Below, in pieces: positions 11,693 through 25,597 of a stretch of DNA of 64,000 nt; within the stretch, counting starts at the first letter, position 1, and the number at the start of each line of letters is the position of its first letter. The stretch covers positions 3,720,001 to 3,784,000 of the forward strand of contig JBHGNT010000010.1 in NCBI GenBank assembly GCA_043228905.1, written 5' to 3'. Under the pieces are notes generated by a model. The model did no database searches and was not told the DNA's origin. It saw only the letters and a list, made by a program, of their open reading frames with translations. The translations under genes were made by a program, and so were the position numbers. This stretch comes from Azolla caroliniana. Lineage: Eukaryota > Plantae > Polypodiophyta.

Positions 11693-14671
11693 GATGGAGA
11701 GATGATTAATGATGCTAATGATCATCTTTGGATGAAATAGATGGAACTAATTGAGTTATGTAGGTGCAATTGGTCCAAGAGTGTTGGTAATACTATCTAT
11801 CTATGTGTCTATGTAGATTCTATGTATCTATGTCTCTATATATACATATATGAATATGTAGGTCATGGTGTTGCAATGGTATCATAGCGTCAACCTTAAA
11901 GCCACGTTCACACGCACTCTCTCTCCACTATGCCTCCACCCTTTCACACACACACACACACACCATTTAGCTAATAGTTTGTGACCTAGTTGTGACCCGT
12001 CTCGCCTCACCCACTTCTACTAATCCTACGACTTTGATCGCCCCATCGTCCGAACTTGTTGACTTCTCTCACCTTCCCAAAGAAGGGCCTCCACAACCCC
12101 TTCACCGTCAACTCATTGCCTAGATTCTTCATGATCTCTAGTGTCCCTTTAATAAATATTGTATCGTGACTTCTATTACAACTTTGATTAATAATATTGG
12201 TCCTAGTTCGCATCCTACAAACCGGATTTGCTCATTAAATTGAGGAGATAATTCTGTTGTTTTGAATATTTTTCTCTCCACATAATGCTCGATAGTCTTG
12301 GGGGTTAGGAATTGGATGTAAAAGAGAAAGACTATGTAACCAAATATCTCGTAGACTAGTAAGTAGGTATGATCTAACTGATTAATCTCTTTGCCATTGT
12401 TCTCATTATGATCTAACTGATTAATCTCTTTGCCATTGTTCTCATTATGAGCCCCACTCTAAAGAGAAACAACAATGCCACTCTCTCATGTATCACTACT
12501 AGCTACACACTTTGCTAATGACGGTAATTTCGTGAACAAATCTATAGCTTGTCATGCATATCCATTGTCTAGGGGAAGATTGATTACCCCACAATATAAT
12601 GTGGTGACATTGCATCACTCTCAACACATTCATTGCTTCAAGTCTATATGTCAACAAATCAGATATATGATCTATTTTGTTACTAAGTATACGTGAAAAG
12701 AAAAAACTTTGATTTGCAGATTGTATGGAACATGTTCAAGGTGTACTAGGTTTAAACTCCCTATTTCCTAAACTTTTCATAAATTAAAAACAATATGCAT
12801 ATGTAAAATTCTCCTTTCTATGTATCCTTATGTCATATGTACCAAATATATTAATAGATTCTATTGAACTCACCATAAAAAACTAGGAGCATATTAATTG
12901 GTAACAACTAACAATCAACAACAATTAGGTTCATGAGTCTCAAACTTAATGGGTTCAAAGAAATTGAAACATAAACCAACCAAACCAAATATTCACATAG
13001 TTTAAGTTCAAATTGTTTAAGTCAAAACTATTTAAGATAGATCATCAAATCAAAACAACTTAAAATCACACCATTTAGATACATTGTTTAAAACCAAATC
13101 ATTGATAAAACTCAAGGTGGATGTCCATATTTATGACTTTGGTATTAACTTATAATCGTTTAACCTATAACTTCAAACGTGATAAACAAAACCACGATGC
13201 AAAGTGTTAACCCTCAAGCCACATCAACCTCAAATCAAATTGTTTTCCCTTTTGGAACTTGAACCAAACCATTTAAAGTCATTTGATTGCCAACTCTTTT
13301 CTCTCGTTGTTTATTAATATCCTTAGTGAGTCACTACTCATGTTATCATTCCATGGCCCATGCATCAATGTAATATGTGTAGTTTGACTATGGATAAGGT
13401 AACAAGCTTGGTCACTCTTTCATTTTTCCAATAGATGCCTTCACAATCGGCTCATATTTTTGACCCAACTCATATTTTCTAACCTGGTTATTTGCATCTA
13501 ACCCAACCATTTTTCCCAACTCAACCAAATTTTCTAAATGGCTACTTGCATCTAACTCGACCAAACTAATTCGGATATTTGCATATAATCTTGCAAAAAA
13601 ATTGTTGGTTTCATGTGTTTCAACACATAACTAGAGTATTGACGATTCTTTTGAAGAAGATGAAAATTGGATATTTGAGTTTGAATTTAAGTTAAATGAA
13701 ACTTAATGAGATTCAGGCTTTTCATTGAGATCCAAAGATGAGGACCTTGAGGACTATATGATAAAGCATTTGGGAGTTAACCAGATCCCTTGATGTTTTG
13801 TTCCAAAAGATTTTTTGGTACCTACAAACTGATAGTTAACGAATTATTAGGAGTGCTTAAGATCATTATTGGTACTTTAAAAGAAGTAAACATTAGATCG
13901 CCAATCAATCTTAGAGCTTGGAGGTGAATGAAGAGTCGACTCATGGTAGATAATTTGAATACCTCGATCACATATTACGTGCACTTTTATTTTTTGGATG
14001 TTGCGTGTGCATAGCTACATGTGTCGATTAAGTTTCTCGATTACATCATTCATTGGTTTATGTTTTGCTAACGACACTTTTATATATATACATATGTGAT
14101 CACATGTATACATATGTGATAGTATACATATCGTAAACACGTAATGTATATGTTAGGAATATGTTACATGATATTGGTATGTCGAATGGTGTCCTTTTCG
14201 GGGTTAGGATCGTGGTGGCCGTCTTCACATTTTGGTGAGGAAGGCGTAGTTACCATCCTTTTTTAACAAAAACTTTGTTATTCCCCTTGATCACCCCAAT
14301 TGTACCATATGTCAATGATTAAACAAGCATGGCCACAATGATGTACGTGAAGGTAAGGGCTTGACCCACTTTGTGCGAGGTCGCCCTTATGAAACCCACA
14401 TCCAATATCCCATACTCGTTACATGATAACGGGATCACCATGAGACCGTAATTACAAAAGGCATTCATAATGAAGTAACCATTTGATGGGCCACATGGGC
14501 CTACTATGAAATTGAGGGCTACTGTTGGGTTGACCATTAGGTTGCTCCTTATAGTATGTCATTGTAATGACGAGACTTGAGGTTGGGTAACGTACCAACA
14601 TAGTTTTGTAGTTATAATGAGACGAAAAAAAATAAAAAAGGATTGGAGACACATATTTTCTTTTTTGGGGG

Positions 14672-15281
14672 TGTTGGGATTACGGTCCCTCCGGATGGGA
14701 TAGTCAGATGTCCGGGAATCGGGAATGAAGAACCGGATGATGAAGACCCGGTTACGGAACCGGATGATGAAGACCCCGGTTACGGAGCCGGATGACGAAT
14801 GTACCCGGAGAGAGATCCGGATGCGGGGACATATCTGTGAATATGTTTGCCAAGGGCCCTTGAGGCTATAGTTGTAAATAGCCCTAAGTCATATGTGTAT
14901 AAATATGACTTAGGGCAAACAGTTTTATGTTGCTACTCATTTTTTCTGTTTTTCCACTCAAGAGGAGTGAAGAGAGAGCAGCCGTGAGAGATATAGAGCG
15001 TGAGAGAGGGAGAGGTTGACGCCTCTGTGTAATACCGCCGCCTGTGGCCAGGATAGCGAGCTCAAGGTCGTCGCCTTGCAGCTCGCCATTGTATATTTCT
15101 CTGTGCATAGTTTTGGTTTGGAGTCTTGCACTCCCGTGGTTTTTCCCGTATAGGGTTTTCCACGTTAACCCCTGTGTTATCGTGTCTTTCTCTGTGTTTC
15201 CTATTTTCTGCTGCATTGATTCGTGATTTCTCGGTTGTGGCCAAAGACGGTGAAGGCGAATCGGAGCGTTGATTCTCAACA
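14672..15281 (+). mobile_element. Copia solo LTR (610 bp)
   Basis: TGTTGGGA...TCTCAACA; TSD GGGGG on both sides; TATAAATA at about 14898; GTGGTTTTTCCC..AGGGTTTTCCACG motif typical of Tnt1/Tork-like LTRs; CCGGATGA repeats in U3. Confidence 0.85.
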
Positions 15282-15294
15282 GGGGGGTGGGGGG

Positions 15295-15546
15295 GCATTC
15301 CATACTCATGGAACTCTAGAAATCGCGTGATTTCTTCACTATAGAATTGGCCAATCTTCTAAATAACCGATTGTACAATGAATGTCAACATGTTTTCCAA
15401 TAAGTTAGCCACACATTGTTCTTGTAGCATTCAACTCATCGTGGTCATCACGAAGTTAACAATGTTTGCATTAAAACCATTCTCTGTTTTTTCTACTATC
15501 GAAGGTTCCCCCTTGTCCATGTTTCACGTCGGGTTCACCAAATTTT
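15295..15546 (-). mobile_element. Remnant of a tRNA-Trp-primed Gypsy: PBS plus decayed gag start
   Basis: Minus strand TGGTGAACCCGACGTGAAA from 15540, then a frame reading ...MLQEQ...KIGQFYSEEITRFL, similar to the gag at 50971 (MLQEQ...NGKFNEKDVSQYL). Confidence 0.7.
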
Positions 15547-15754
15547 GCTGTAGACCTTGTTGAATCACCAAGATTTCGTTCATGGGGAGATTGTAGAAGT
15601 AAACAAGTTTAAGATGATTAGGGGGGAAAGCATGTGATTATGTGGAATAGATGCCAAAGAGGATGAAGTGAAAATTGTCATGGACACACCAAGCGCAGAC
15701 TAGGACAGAGCACAGATGATCGGGCTACGAGCGATGGATGAACTTGGAGCTAGA

Positions 15755-16163
15755 TGTGACGAGGCTAGGAACTCTAGATGTTGTGAGCGACATGAGGGCA
15801 TGAAGACAGAAATAAAGATCAAGGAGACAAAGATAAGGTGAAACGAGAATACTAGATTGATGTGTCAATGACTGGTGTTGAATCCCTTGAAAGGGACCAA
15901 GGAGGTTACAAGTATTTATACTATGAGTTGAAGTACATGCTTTAGAATATTACAGAGAATATTTTGGAGAATATTCTAGAACCCTCTAGAACCTTCTAGT
16001 TCTAGAACTTTCTAAAAACTCTTAGAACGTGAATAGATAATCTATGAAGATATACATAACACGATCATGTACTTGGATGTGTTGGGTACACTCGAATCTC
16101 TTGACTATAATACAAGAGGTCAAGAGTTCAAATCTTGACATAGCTGTTGTCATGTTTGTGACA
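15755..16163 (-). mobile_element. Probable degraded LTR
   Basis: Minus strand TGTCAC...GTCACA, TATAAATA and TTCTAGAA repeats; layout resembles the LTR part at 61215-61515. No TSD found. Confidence 0.35.
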
Positions 16164-17243
16164 AAAACTAATGCTATAAACTATGTAGTTTTTTAGGAAA
16201 GATTCATAGAACCACAAAGGAAAAAGTGGAAAGATACTAAAAGGACAATTAGAATACTCCTGTTGGGAGATCAAGCTCAACTTAGTTTAGTTAGTTAGTC
16301 AACCATGTAACTTCCTAGTTACCTAGATAGAATCTAGTTAGAAGTGTTGACTATAACGACTTAAATAGGACCTTGTACTTAAGTGGGATATTCTAGATCC
16401 TCCACTCCTACGTACATTTAATATAGGACTTACACATTAGTAGCTATATTCTACTCACACATGTGCACCTTTGCACATGAGATGTACATATACCTCATTG
16501 TGGGTATTTTTGTATTTGATGATGATAATGCTAATTTAATATACTTACTCATCCCCCATCTTGTGTTGTTCATAAGTGTATATCTCTCTCTCTCTTCCTC
16601 TCACACACATACACACACATATCACATAATCTTCCGCTTATCAACTAATCACATAATTAGGTACTAATTAATCCTTGCTTAATTACTTACCTAATTCTTA
16701 ACATGGTAGCAGAGCGTGTGGTTTCTCAAACCTTCATGGAAGCCATCGAGGAACCTTCGGAAGAAGGGGGAGCTACCACGCTAAACATGGTCAGAAAACG
16801 AGACAGGAGACGACACCACGCATCCCATTTGGCACATCGACAACGTTCCATCCGGCAACGATGGCAAGAATAATTGCATCAAGAATTTCTTGCATGTGCC
16901 CACGATAACGAAGACTTTGGTCTCGGTAGGCCAAATCGTGGAGCAAGGAATGGAAGTTCGCTTCAACAAAGAAGGATCCTTCATCAAGAAAGATGGACGA
17001 CTCATAGCGAAGGGGCGGAGAGACAGTCGAATGTTCATCCTCGATTCGAACGAGGTGAAATCGGCAATGTACGCTAAAAGTCTCAAAACCGAGACGAGCA
17101 TCGAGTTGTGGCACAAGAGAATCGGCCACATAAACCTCCAACGGCTTCGAGCGATGCAAACCAAGGGAGTCGTCATCGGACTTCCGACATTCGAGTCGAA
17201 ACGAGTCGACCGAGTATGCGAAGCATGTCAACTTGGCAAACAA

Positions 17244-19707
17244 TGTTACCGTACGAGATGTACGAGTGATTGATAAGTGAGGGTGAAAGAAGTAATGTAT
17301 GTGTATGTAATCTTATACGATTATGAGTGTGAATGTAAGTGTGAGTGTGGTGGATACAAAGAGGTGTGAGTGAGTGACTAGGTGTGAATGCCCAAGAGGC
17401 TTGCACCCTTGTGTATCTACCCTTTTGTACCTATTTAACCCCTTATGGGGAATGAATGAATACAATGATCATTTTCTCTCTCAATCTCTCTCTTGTCATC
17501 TCTCTCTCCCTCTCTCTCTTCCCTCCCCTTAACGTTGAACCCCCTTGGGAGGGGGGTGGAGCCATTCTAGGCACCACCCCCCACCCCTCAATGCTTGTCT
17601 TGTTCTTCATGATCTCTCACCATCATCATCACACATACATTATCAATCTACCATGATTGTTAACCCTATTCCTATCTTTATCATTATCATCATTAACCCT
17701 AACCCTAAAACGTACAACACTATTTGGCGACCATTAAGGCGACCCCCCTTTGGAGATGGAGTCGATGAATGATCAGTGGCAGTATGATGTGCGAGAGGAA
17801 CTCACGGAATGATATGCAGTAGAAGTATGTGCGAGAGAGCAAGAAATCAAACCGACAATGTACAAGAAATGTGCGAGAAATCATGAAAATGGTAGATTAA
17901 TGATGTCTCCGAGCATTATCATCATTTTTGGTCTTTGGATAATCACTACTCCTATAACCCTAATCCCAGTTTCTGTTCATGTTTTCCTAACCCTAACTCC
18001 TCTACCATTCCTTCCACTAGATACCCTAGCCCTAGTTTCTCCTACACCCATGGGCCTTATAAGTTTAGTCCAAACTCTTTGTGTACTAACCCTAAGTGCG
18101 TGCCTCTGGCCCCTATACTAACCTTGATACAGAGATACAAAGCGACCGAAGAGCGGTCGCAGTGGCTGAACGGCGCCGGAACAGAGGCGGCTAGACCGTC
18201 TGACACATGCAACAAACAACGATGGCGATGGCCGGAGCGGCGACCAGACAAAGTCGGACAGTGGTTGGAGCGGCCAAAATGGCCAGAATGGCCGGGAGAT
18301 AGCCAAACCAACCAGAATGGCAGAATAGATGTCAAAGCGAGGGCAATGGCTAGACAACCAACGACCGAAACGACGAGCCGGATAGCCAGAAAGACACGGC
18401 TGAACAACGATAGAAATGAAGATAGAGATGACTGAATAACGTCGGCGCCGGACAATGGCCGCACAAAGACGGATGACGCGACAGAGATGTGCAGCCAACT
18501 GAAACAAAGAAAACACAGAAAAGAATGAAGGAGAAGAAATCACGGAGCAGCACAAACAGAGAAGAAGAGAAAGAAAGATAGGAGAAATGGAAGGAGTCAT
18601 GGAGAGACGGAGAAGCGAGCACGAGAGACAAAGAAAGAAAAAGAAAGGAGATGATATACAAGAAGACGAAGAAGAAGAAGCGGAAGGAGATGTAGCCATT
18701 GATGAACAGAGAAGGAAGAGAAAGAAGAATTCATGGAAGAAGAGAAAGGCATGGACAGATAGACACGAGCGGGAGAGACAGAAGCAAATAGAAAAAAGAG
18801 AGAGGGAAAAAAGGAGATGAGGGCATCCATGAAATTTTAAAACATTTAAGGGTATCAAGCATAACTTTAAAAACATAAGGGTACATGATAGAATTGTTAA
18901 AACCAAAGGGCACCTACGGAATTTCGAAAACTCATAAACCTAAAAGAAATGGATGTGATCCACACACAACTCACAAAATCAACAAAAGGAAGATATACAT
19001 ACACACAACGTTTTTAAGGACCCGAAAGAGGATACCAAGTTCGTAAGTCGATAGAATGAGAATGTTCGTGTCGCGGAAGATTCGCTGACCAACGGAGATG
19101 TTCGAGTCAAGCGCTCCAATCAAGGGAGTTGATCGTTGAGAGGATCGATGGAAGTTCCGATCGAAGAAAGATTATGATCAAGGCATGTGGGATCGATGTG
19201 CAAGGCACTCTCCCACGGGTGTGCCATATTGTGTTACCGTACGAGATGTACGAGTGATTGATAAGTGAGGGTGAAAGAAGTAATGTATGTGTATGTAATC
19301 TTATACGATTATGAGTGTGAATGTAAGTGTGAGTGTGGTGGATACAAAGAGGTGTGAGTGAGTGACTAGGTGTGAATGCCCAAGAGGCTTGCACCCTTGT
19401 GTATCTACCCTTTTGTACCTATTTAACCCCTTATGGGGAATGAATGAATACAATGATCATTTTCTCTCTCAATCTCTCTCTTGTCATCTCTCTCTCCCTC
19501 TCTCTCTTCCCTCCCCTTAACGTTGAACCCCCTTGGGAGGGGGGTGGAGCCATTCTAGGCACCACCCCCCACCCCTCAATGTTTTTCTTGTTCTTCATGA
19601 TCTCTCACCATCATCATCACACATACATTATCAATCTACCATGATTGTTAACCCTATTCCTATCTTTATCATTATCATCATTAACCCTAACCCTAAAACG
19701 TACAACA
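17244..19707. mobile_element. Young non-autonomous LTR element (2464 bp, 476-bp LTRs), no recognisable retroelement domain
   Basis: LTRs 17244-17719 and 19232-19707 differ at about 2 positions; TG...CA ends; TSD AACAA (17239-17243, 19708-19712). Interrupts the Copia-2 frame at CQLGKQ|HRLPF. Confidence 0.93.
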
Positions 19708-21085
19708 AACAACATAGACTCCCATTCCCAAAGGAGAGCTCCGCAAGCAAAGGCCTCCTCAACATCATACACTCGGATGTATGGGGACAAGCTCAAACGC
19801 CGATGATCGGCGGATGCCGATACTACGTAACCTTCAGCAACGACTACTCGTGCTACGCGTGGATCTACCCGGTGAAGAAGAAAAGCGAAGTGCTCTCCCA
19901 CTTCCAAAAGCTCAAGGGCCAAGTGGAGAAAGAAACCGGTCGGCACATTCGATACCTAAGATCGGACGGAGGAAAGGAGTACTTCTCCGACGAATTCACC
20001 TCCTATCTCCAAAGTGAAGGCATTCGGAGAGAATTCTCATGCCGATACACACCCCAACAAAAGGGAGTAGCCGAAAGGAAGAATCGGCAAATACTTGAGG
20101 TAGCACGCGCCATGATGCATGAGAAGCACATGCCGAATTTCTATTGGGCTTAAGCGGCATCCACGGCCGTCTATCTCATGAACCGGTGTACCACCAATGG
20201 AGTCCATGAGCTAACTCCCTACGAGCTCCTCGTCGGAAGGAAGCCGATCCTGTCGCACCTCAAGGTGTTTGGAAGCATTGCAAATGTACACCTCCCGAAT
20301 GAACAACGACAGAAGCCCGACGCGAAGTCGGAGGAATGTATCCTCATAGGATACTTATCCGAGAAGAAGTCATACAAGTGTTATAACCCTTCTACCCGAG
20401 TGGTTTGGGTAAGTCGAGACGTAGTCTTCGACGAGTCCGCATCCTGGTACACACCAAAGAAAACTTTGACTCCGACTCCGCTCAACCTAGAATCCGCAGA
20501 ACAAGAGATAGAAGATGGAAATCGCCTCGAACACATGTTCGAAGAAAGTCCGATTACGGCTAGGCCTAGTGGGCCACAAGAGCCCCCACGCGACCCAAGC
20601 ACGTCGCGGCCAAGTACAAACTTGGAGAAAGGCAAAGGTAAGATGCCTGAATATGAAGTCGACCACCCCGACGACAATGATTCGGATGGATCGTCTCCCT
20701 CACTAGACAGTGAGTTCGGTGTACCTATCATGCGGACACCCGGAGTAAAGAAGGCGCTCACATCGGCAAGCGAAAAACTTCGATGCTCATCTAGATCTAA
20801 GAACCCTGTCACTCGGCACGGCTACAATGAGTACATGGCCCATCATTACGCCTTCACGATGAAGGTAGCGGCTGAAGAAGAGCCCAAGAGCTCCACCGAA
20901 GCGGCTCGTAACCCATGATGGGTGGAAGTAGTCGACCTTCACCCACACACTACAAGCCTTCATCACCGACTTGAGGGGGAGGAACCAAGATTACCACGGC
21001 GAAGAAAGCTGAAGGCCGGACGGAAGCACACGAAGCCAACAAAGGCCAAAGCGGATGTCAGACGTCTCACACTTGAGCTTGAGGG

Positions 21086-21511
21086 TAGGGATCGACAACG
21101 GCTCGGCTCAAGCCTAAACCGTTTGGCTTAGCCGGCTTGAAAACGGCTTAGCGGCTTAGCGGCTCGGCTTGGCTTGAGCCTCGCCAAACCGGCTAAGCCG
21201 TTTAAGTGATTTAATTAGTAATTACTAGTAACTACAGTTTATTACTAAAGTCTATGTTTTAACTTCTAATTAGTCAAGAGTCTAAGTTCTAACTAGTAGT
21301 TAGTGGTCACGAGTCATGAGTCTATTGTCTACAGTGCTGAGTGTACTGTGTACACACAGACTCCAAAGTGATGACTTAGGTATTACTAATTAGGTAATAA
21401 GACTTTAGCCTCTCGAGTCTCATTGCTCAACACAAACAGACGACTCGGACTTAGGTAATAGGACTCTCGACACAGACAATGACCAATCCATCGACACAGA
21501 CGCGCGCGCAC

Positions 21512-21570
<59 letters not shown>

Positions 21571-24500
21571 GTCTGCTACATAGTAGATACTAGAAAGTGG
21601 AAGACGACGACCTGCTGTTGCCACCTGCGTGCATCGTGCAGCCCCGATTCCCAACTTCCAAGCCTACAAAGTGCTTTGTTCCATCTATTTTACAAAGCCT
21701 ACAAGTGAGATTCACATAATTTCACAATATAATTATGCACATATATGAATAATGATATTACAGACTATAGTCAATTTAAAATTACTTTACCTCAAGGCTC
21801 ATATGAAGTAATACCCACAATCATTATAATTTGTCACTACAGTCTACAATGTAGACATATATGAAGTAAGATTCACAATATAATTATGCACATATATGAA
21901 TAATGATATAGTCAAATTGAGCCACAATGTGGCACAATGTAATAACTCATGATTAGAGTAGGACATTTCAAAAGAATTCATTATCTTTTATAACCAAAAT
22001 TTTATAGGTACAATAACATACATTGATATGGAAGAGGTAACATCAATATCAGCCCCTAGAGGCAAAACAAAGGCAAGAAAAAGAAGTTCATGGACCGAAC
22101 AACACATGATCTCCATTAAGGACGGAGATGCATATAAGCGTCGATGTGCCTATTGTCACTTGATGTGGGCAAGCTCTACATCTACAGGTTCTATCGCCAA
22201 GCATTTATTAGATAAGTATAATATTAATAGCACATCACAACCACAAACTTCTAGCAATGTTCTTGTCCAAAGTAACATAGATGCTACTTCATCTACATTA
22301 ACTATATCTCGTACTCTAGAGAAGAAGTTTGATAGTGTTGTTAGATATATAGTCACATCAGTGCTACCTCATGCACATATTGAGTCTTCTAGTTTTAAGA
22401 GATTAATACATGAAGTCTTGCCCACTTATCAACTTAAATCATCTCGTACACTTAAGAGATTAGTGTTACGAATGTATGTTGTTCTTTGCCATTTAGTTAT
22501 TACTTATTTGTCCTCACAAAATTTTAGATATGCTATAACATTTGATGGGTGGACAAACAACAGTTTGAAAGGATTTTATCCCGTGACTTTACATTTTGTT
22601 TGTTTCGAGTCTACTAAGCCAGCTAGTGTGCTTTTAGACTTCCTAGATGTCTTTCCGGGAGATGGGGTAGGAAAACGTGTCGGAAAAGCTTTATTCTCCC
22701 GTCTAAAATCATTTAATATCTCTTCACGTCTTCTATCTACAACTTCTGACGGTGCTAGTGAATCTCTAGTTGCATCAAAAGAATTAGGTAGGTTATTACT
22801 TTGTCATCATGGACATGACATTTTACAATCATCACATATGTTAAGATGCATGGTGCATACATATCAACTAGGTGTAAAGTTTGCATTAGAAGTTATTACT
22901 CCTTCTACTATGAAGTTAAGGAAGACATTACATTCTATACGCACAAGTAAAGTGAGTAGAGCTATATTTAAAAAATATTCAAAAACCATGCATGAGAATG
23001 GAGAACATGAACCACCATGTGTAGATTGCATTACTAGATGGAATTCAACCCTAATAATGTATCAACAATCCCTAAAATTAAGAGATGTCTTGATTTGTAC
23101 CACAAGTGACAATGTCATTGCTAATGAGTTTGTGGACCATACACTCTCCATAGAAGATTGGAGTCATATACAAAGTATGGAACAATGGTTGCTTGTGCCT
23201 GTTAAAATTTGTAATTACTTGAGTGGGTCAAAGTATCCGACCCTCTTAATAGTTGCGCTTGCATTCAACAACTTATTAGCACATTGTAATAAATATATTT
23301 CTATGGATATGAACTCGATTGATTCATCCTCCGAGAAGATTACTCTTCAAGTGCAACAAGAGGCTAGTAACAAATGCTTACAATATCTAATCAAGTACCA
23401 AGAATCCCTGAAATCTATTCCATCTCGAATCGCAATGTTTGTTGACCCGAGGTACTAATGTTTTTAACTGAAAATTCCCCCTTTTTAATCTTTCTTTCTT
23501 ACTAATAGTGTCTTTTGTTTGAGTGTAGAATTCCAAAACCACCTAATCCAATTGAGAGAGACCTCAATATAGAATTGGTGCAAAGTTTCTTGACAACCCA
23601 ATATCATGATCCTAATGTCAAAGATTCTCTATCCGAAGATGCATGTGAAGGATCTCCGTTTGATTTTTTGGATATTTGGGATATGAACAATGACAAATCT
23701 CATGAATCATCAGCTTGGACAGAAATTGAAGGTTTCTTGAAGGTTCCACAAGTGAAGAGTTCCGTAGACCCTCTACATTGGTGGTCTACCAACAAGTTTC
23801 AAGTTATATTCCATCATGTTGTATTAAACAAATTTGTTATTGTTGGTAATTAATGAACACATTTTGATAGTATCTTTTTTTATGATTTGAAACAGATCCC
23901 TTTTTCCAAGGATGTATAAAATGGCATGCGATTATTTGGCTATTCCAGCTTCATCAGTTCCTTCAGAGGAAGCTAACTCCGAAGCTCGTGATAACTTCGA
24001 CGATAGGCAACGGTTGCATTCATGCACTTTCAAGGCCGAGATGTGCATACGATCTTGGATAGATCTACTTGATAGTGTTAATATTCCAATTCCTGAAGAT
24101 ATTAATGATGCATATGATACTTTAGATATCAATTTAGAAGAGATTATTGCCGAGGATGATGTTATTGAATACTTATACTTGGACAAATTATTTTTTTTGG
24201 AATATTATGACTTGGGACAATTATGACGATCAATTATTGGAATAGTTAACATTTTTGGAATAGTCAATTTTTTCTCGTTGTTTTTCTTTAATTATCTATT
24301 AGTTAAATTTGCCTTGCATTTCACATTTTATGTTTTCTTGTTGTTTTCCTCTAAGCCTTGTAACCATTCTACATTTGGAACATATTGGAGGGGGATTGTT
24401 CAATGATAAATTGTGTTATGAAGTTCAATGATAAATTGTAATAGAATTGTGTAATGAAGTTCACAAACCGGTTTACAAGCCGTTTACCAAGCCGGTTCAT

Positions 24501-24621
24501 AAACCGGTTTAGGGATCCGTTCGGTTCAGGTTTGAAAACCCCTAAACGATTTAGGCTTAGCCGGTTTGGCTTGGATAAGGCCAAACCGGCTAAGCCTAAA
24601 CCGAACTATTGCTGATGCCTA
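21086..24621 (+). mobile_element. hAT-superfamily DNA transposon, putatively autonomous
   Basis: 8-bp TSD CTTGAGGG (21078-21085, 24622-24629); imperfect TIRs TAGGGATCGACAACGGCTCGG / TAGGCATCAGCAATAGTTCGG; AAACCG/AGCCG subterminal repeats at both ends. Confidence 0.95.
22028..24226 (+). CDS. hAT transposase, about 673 aa; exons 22028-23451, 23529-23795, 23896-24226
   Basis: BED-like CAYC...KH, catalytic TFDGWT and TSDGAS, CxxH (CMVH), TRWNS, and dimerisation domain PLHWW...DYLAIPASSVPSE. GT-AG introns join the three ORFs in frame. Confidence 0.85.
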
Positions 24622-25083
24622 CTTGAGGGGGCGTGTTGAGAGATCAAGCTCAACTTAGTTTAGTTAGTTAGTGAACCATGTAACTTCCTAGTTACCTAGA
24701 TAGAATCTAGTTAGAAGTGTTGACTATAACGACTTAAATAGGACCTTGTACTTAAGTGGGATATTCTAGATCCTCCACTCCTAAGTACATTTTATATAGG
24801 ACTTACACATTAGTACCTATATTCTACTCACACATGTGCACCTTTGCACATGAGATGTACATATACCTCATTGTGGGTATTTTTGTATTTGATGATGATA
24901 ATGCTAATTTAATATACTTACTCATCCCCCATCTTGAGTTGTTCATAAGTGTATCTCTCTCTCTCTCTCTTCCTCTCACACACATACACACACATATCAC
25001 ACAATCTTCCGCTTATCAACTAATCACATAATTAGGTACTAATTAATCCTTGCTTAATTACTTACCTAATTCTTAACAACTCC

Positions 25084-25597
25084 ATTGCAAACATCGATGT
25101 TGAATGTTGGGTTCTGTATAAGGCAAGAAGACCTATTCATCGCATTCAACCTTACCTCATTACTAACATGAGTATTAACTCTCATAGGTCCCTAACACTC
25201 CTTTGCACTCGATCACACAACCTAGCTATTGAAGCCGCATGATTATGGTATCAAAATCAGCCAAATTTAAATGCATATAAGTTATACAAGGAAGGGCTAG
25301 TTGAGGATGAGTATCACTTGCTTTTTACCTGTTCCACGTATAGTGCAATTCGTGAAAGCTATGATGATATATTATGAGGGGGTTGATGACTTGAGTGTCA
25401 CACTAAAGAGAACACCTGGAAGGTTGAGCTCATATTATGTGTTTCACACATTGAGACTCAATGCTTCAAAGTATGAATTCCTATCCCTTCTTAGGAAGGG
25501 GATACACATCAAGATAACTTTGTACTTAGGTCCCATGGGTCAGTACTGGCCTCTCTATGGACGCTAAAAATATTTATTTATCTATCTATCTTATCAC
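25084..25597 (+). mobile_element. RTE/RTEX-like LINE 3' fragment, probably the host of Copia-2
   Basis: Frame reads RSHNLAIE...VEDEYHLLFTCSTYSAIR (C-terminal HxLxIE/EYH..C motif) and ends in a TATCTATCTATC tail like the LINE at 60103. Confidence 0.6.

Larger units (their letters stand above)
16261..25078 (+). mobile_element. Internally deleted Ty1/Copia element (Copia-2) hosting two nested insertions
   Basis: LTRs 16261-16703 and 24634-25078; TSD ACTCC (16256-16260, 25079-25083); PBS TGGTAGCAGAGC 16704-16715. Retains partial PR, pre-integrase and integrase; gag and nearly all RT/RH are absent. Confidence 0.95.

Noticed and set aside
15522-15540. tRNA-Trp gene
   Set aside because: Only the 3' 18 or so nt including CCA are present; this is a retrotransposon PBS on the minus strand.
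18118-18906. 262-aa hydrophobic ORF as an env-like or membrane protein
   Set aside because: It is the antisense of a low-complexity GA-rich tract with no recognisable domain, so it cannot be supported without conservation data.
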